Sequence record: SRR2962707_660
DNA: 64,000 bases
Strand: one strand, 5' to 3'
Position 1 is the stretch's first letter; the number at the start of each line of letters is the position of its first letter. Positions 62,541 through 64,000 of this stretch are shown piece by piece. The notes beneath the pieces were generated by a model that worked only from the letters and a program-made list of their open reading frames with translations, was not told the DNA's origin and made no database searches. The position numbers and the translations under genes are program-made.

Positions 62541-64000
62541 TCAGTTGAGCGTCTGCGTGAAGACGCCGTTGCCGGTGATGCCGGCATTGCCGAAGCCGAT
62601 CAGGTAACCGATGCCAATGGTCTTGCCGCCCTGGCCGAAGGCCTGGCCGCTCATCGAGGCATTGCAGCTACCGGGGTTCGGGCAGGCCGCGCCGGTGCCC
62701 GCGCCGTCCGCCGTGAAGGTGACGGGAAGCGAGCCGCCAAAGCTGCCATCGACGCCCATCGTGAACTCCGAACTTGCCGGATTGGCGGCGCCGCCCGTCG
62801 TGACGAGGTGGTAGACGGCGTCGCCCGCCATCGCCACGTCGAGATCGGTGCCGATCTTCGTCGCACCGGCGCCGCCCCACGCGACGGTCATCGCGCCGGT
62901 GAGCGTACCGGGAGCCGAACGTCCGTCATTGAAGACGGGCGCGCTGTAGCCGGCAAGTTCGTACTCCGCCGAGCCGGTGGTGGGAAGGTCGGACGCCGGG
63001 TTGCCCACCATCCAGTGCATGCCCTTGTTGCCGGAAAGGTCCGCGCTGACATAGCCGTTGAAGGAGCCGGTGCCGCCCGTTTCGCCACCAGTCCAGCGGC
63101 CCCACATGGCGTCGTCGGAGCGGCCGAGTTCGGCCATGCCGTTGGTACCGATATTGGGCGTCGATTCCGACCCGACATTGGTGCGGACCTGGTAGCTGAT
63201 GAGCTCGCCATTCTCGCCGAACACCGCCGCCTTGTCGGTATAGGTGGCATTGCTGCCTTGCTTGGTGACGAGCGCCGTGTAGTTGCCGTCGGCGAAAGGC
63301 GTGTCGAGCGGATCGGACAGGGACGCGACTTCCGCGCCGTTCGTGGTGAAGGCGGCCGAGCCGGTGATGGCCTGCGACAGATAAGCGCTCTGCCAGATCA
63401 TGTAGTTGAGCGCGGCAGACGAGCCGCCTTCGCCTGAAACGAAACCGTAGAGCGAGAAGAAGCAGCTCCCGTTTGACGGGCAGCTACGGCCACCATCGTC
63501 GATGGTGAAGGTGCCCATGCCGGTCTTGATGATGCTGTTCGTCGGATAGGCCGCACCCGTCGTGTAGACCACGAAGGGCGAGAGATGCGGCGTCGTAAGC
63601 CCGCCCGGCGTCTGCACGAGATAGATGTGGTCGTCCGGCATGTCGATCGCGAGATCGAGGCCGACATTCGGCATGCCGCCGCCATAGCCGATGGACATGC
63701 CGCCGGTGAGTGTCCCCGGCAAGCCGCCGCCATCGGCGAAGGTCGGCGCTGTCGCCGCCGCGAGATCGTAATAGGCGATGCCGTAGGTCGGCAGGTTCAC
63801 CGCCGCCGTGCCGACGGCGTAGTGATAGCCATCGACCAGCGGATCGAGTTGCTTCGCGAGATAGCCGGTTGTCGTGCCATCGTTCCAGCGGCCGATTGTG
63901 ACGTCCTCGTTGCCCCAGAGTTCGGCGACCGAGGCCGTTCCGCGATCCGATCCGTCCCCGCCGGTGTAAAGGTTGACGAAGGATTCGAGGGCACCGTCTT
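62541..64000 (-). CDS. C-terminal part of a large Gly/Thr-rich surface protein with repeated TbpB-like barrel modules
   Basis: Frame stays open to the window edge; two modules with GRW..G...H..VG....LPT.G.A.Y.L...P.F.DG...PGTLTG. Confidence 0.7.
   Translation of the reverse strand, partial: DGALESFVNLYTGGDGSDRGTASVAELWGNEDVTIGRWNDGTTTGYLAKQLDPLVDGYHYAVGTAAVNLPTYGIAYYDLAAATAPTFADGGGLPGTLTGGMSIGYGGGMPNVGLDLAIDMPDDHIYLVQTPGGLTTPHLSPFVVYTTGAAYPTNSIIKTGMGTFTIDDGGRSCPSNGSCFFSLYGFVSGEGGSSAALNYMIWQSAYLSQAITGSAAFTTNGAEVASLSDPLDTPFADGNYTALVTKQGSNATYTDKAAVFGENGELISYQVRTNVGSESTPNIGTNGMAELGRSDDAMWGRWTGGETGGTGSFNGYVSADLSGNKGMHWMVGNPASDLPTTGSAEYELAGYSAPVFNDGRSAPGTLTGAMTVAWGGAGATKIGTDLDVAMAGDAVYHLVTTGGAANPASSEFTMGVDGSFGGSLPVTFTADGAGTGAACPNPGSCNASMSGQAFGQGGKTIGIGYLIGFGNAGITGNGVFTQTLN

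Overview
High-GC alphaproteobacterial chromosome (Parvibaculum-like by gene content; this is inference) dominated by a ~50 kb surface-glycan region (about 6.3-56.2 kb). From left to right: a truncated circularly permuted ATP-grasp gene with a sigma54 promoter; an MltB-type lytic transglycosylase; an LpxT/PAP2-DUF368 fusion; an MHYT histidine kinase; a pseudaminic acid pathway (pseB, C, F, G, I) with no PseH-type GNAT but with an ATP-grasp ligase, a hexapeptide acyltransferase and a methyltransferase; wbaP; two tandem ferritin-like 'metal hydrolases'; a bactofilin; manC; an MBL-fold protein; galU; wcaJ; two gmd; rfbCBDA; and ugd. Next is an AT-richer variable cassette (PssD/PssE, GT2/GT4, FkbM, Wzy, a ParB/Srx-domain protein, a sialyltransferase-motif GT, a PglK-like ABC flippase), then the Wza/Wzc/beta-barrel export operon and kdsD. 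The right end carries an orphan triple Pho box, yihY, a TetR-controlled beta-helix/diheme cytochrome pair and the 3' end of a large repeat surface protein. No rRNA, tRNA, CRISPR or transposase was recognised. The best novelty candidates are (i) the LpxT-like (catalytic His->Glu)-DUF368 undecaprenyl-phosphate recycling fusion, (ii) a possibly non-canonically acylated pseudaminic acid plus a candidate nonulosonate transferase for an EPS/capsule, and (iii) the ParB/Srx-domain protein inside the glycan cassette. All family calls come from motif recognition by eye; no searches were run.
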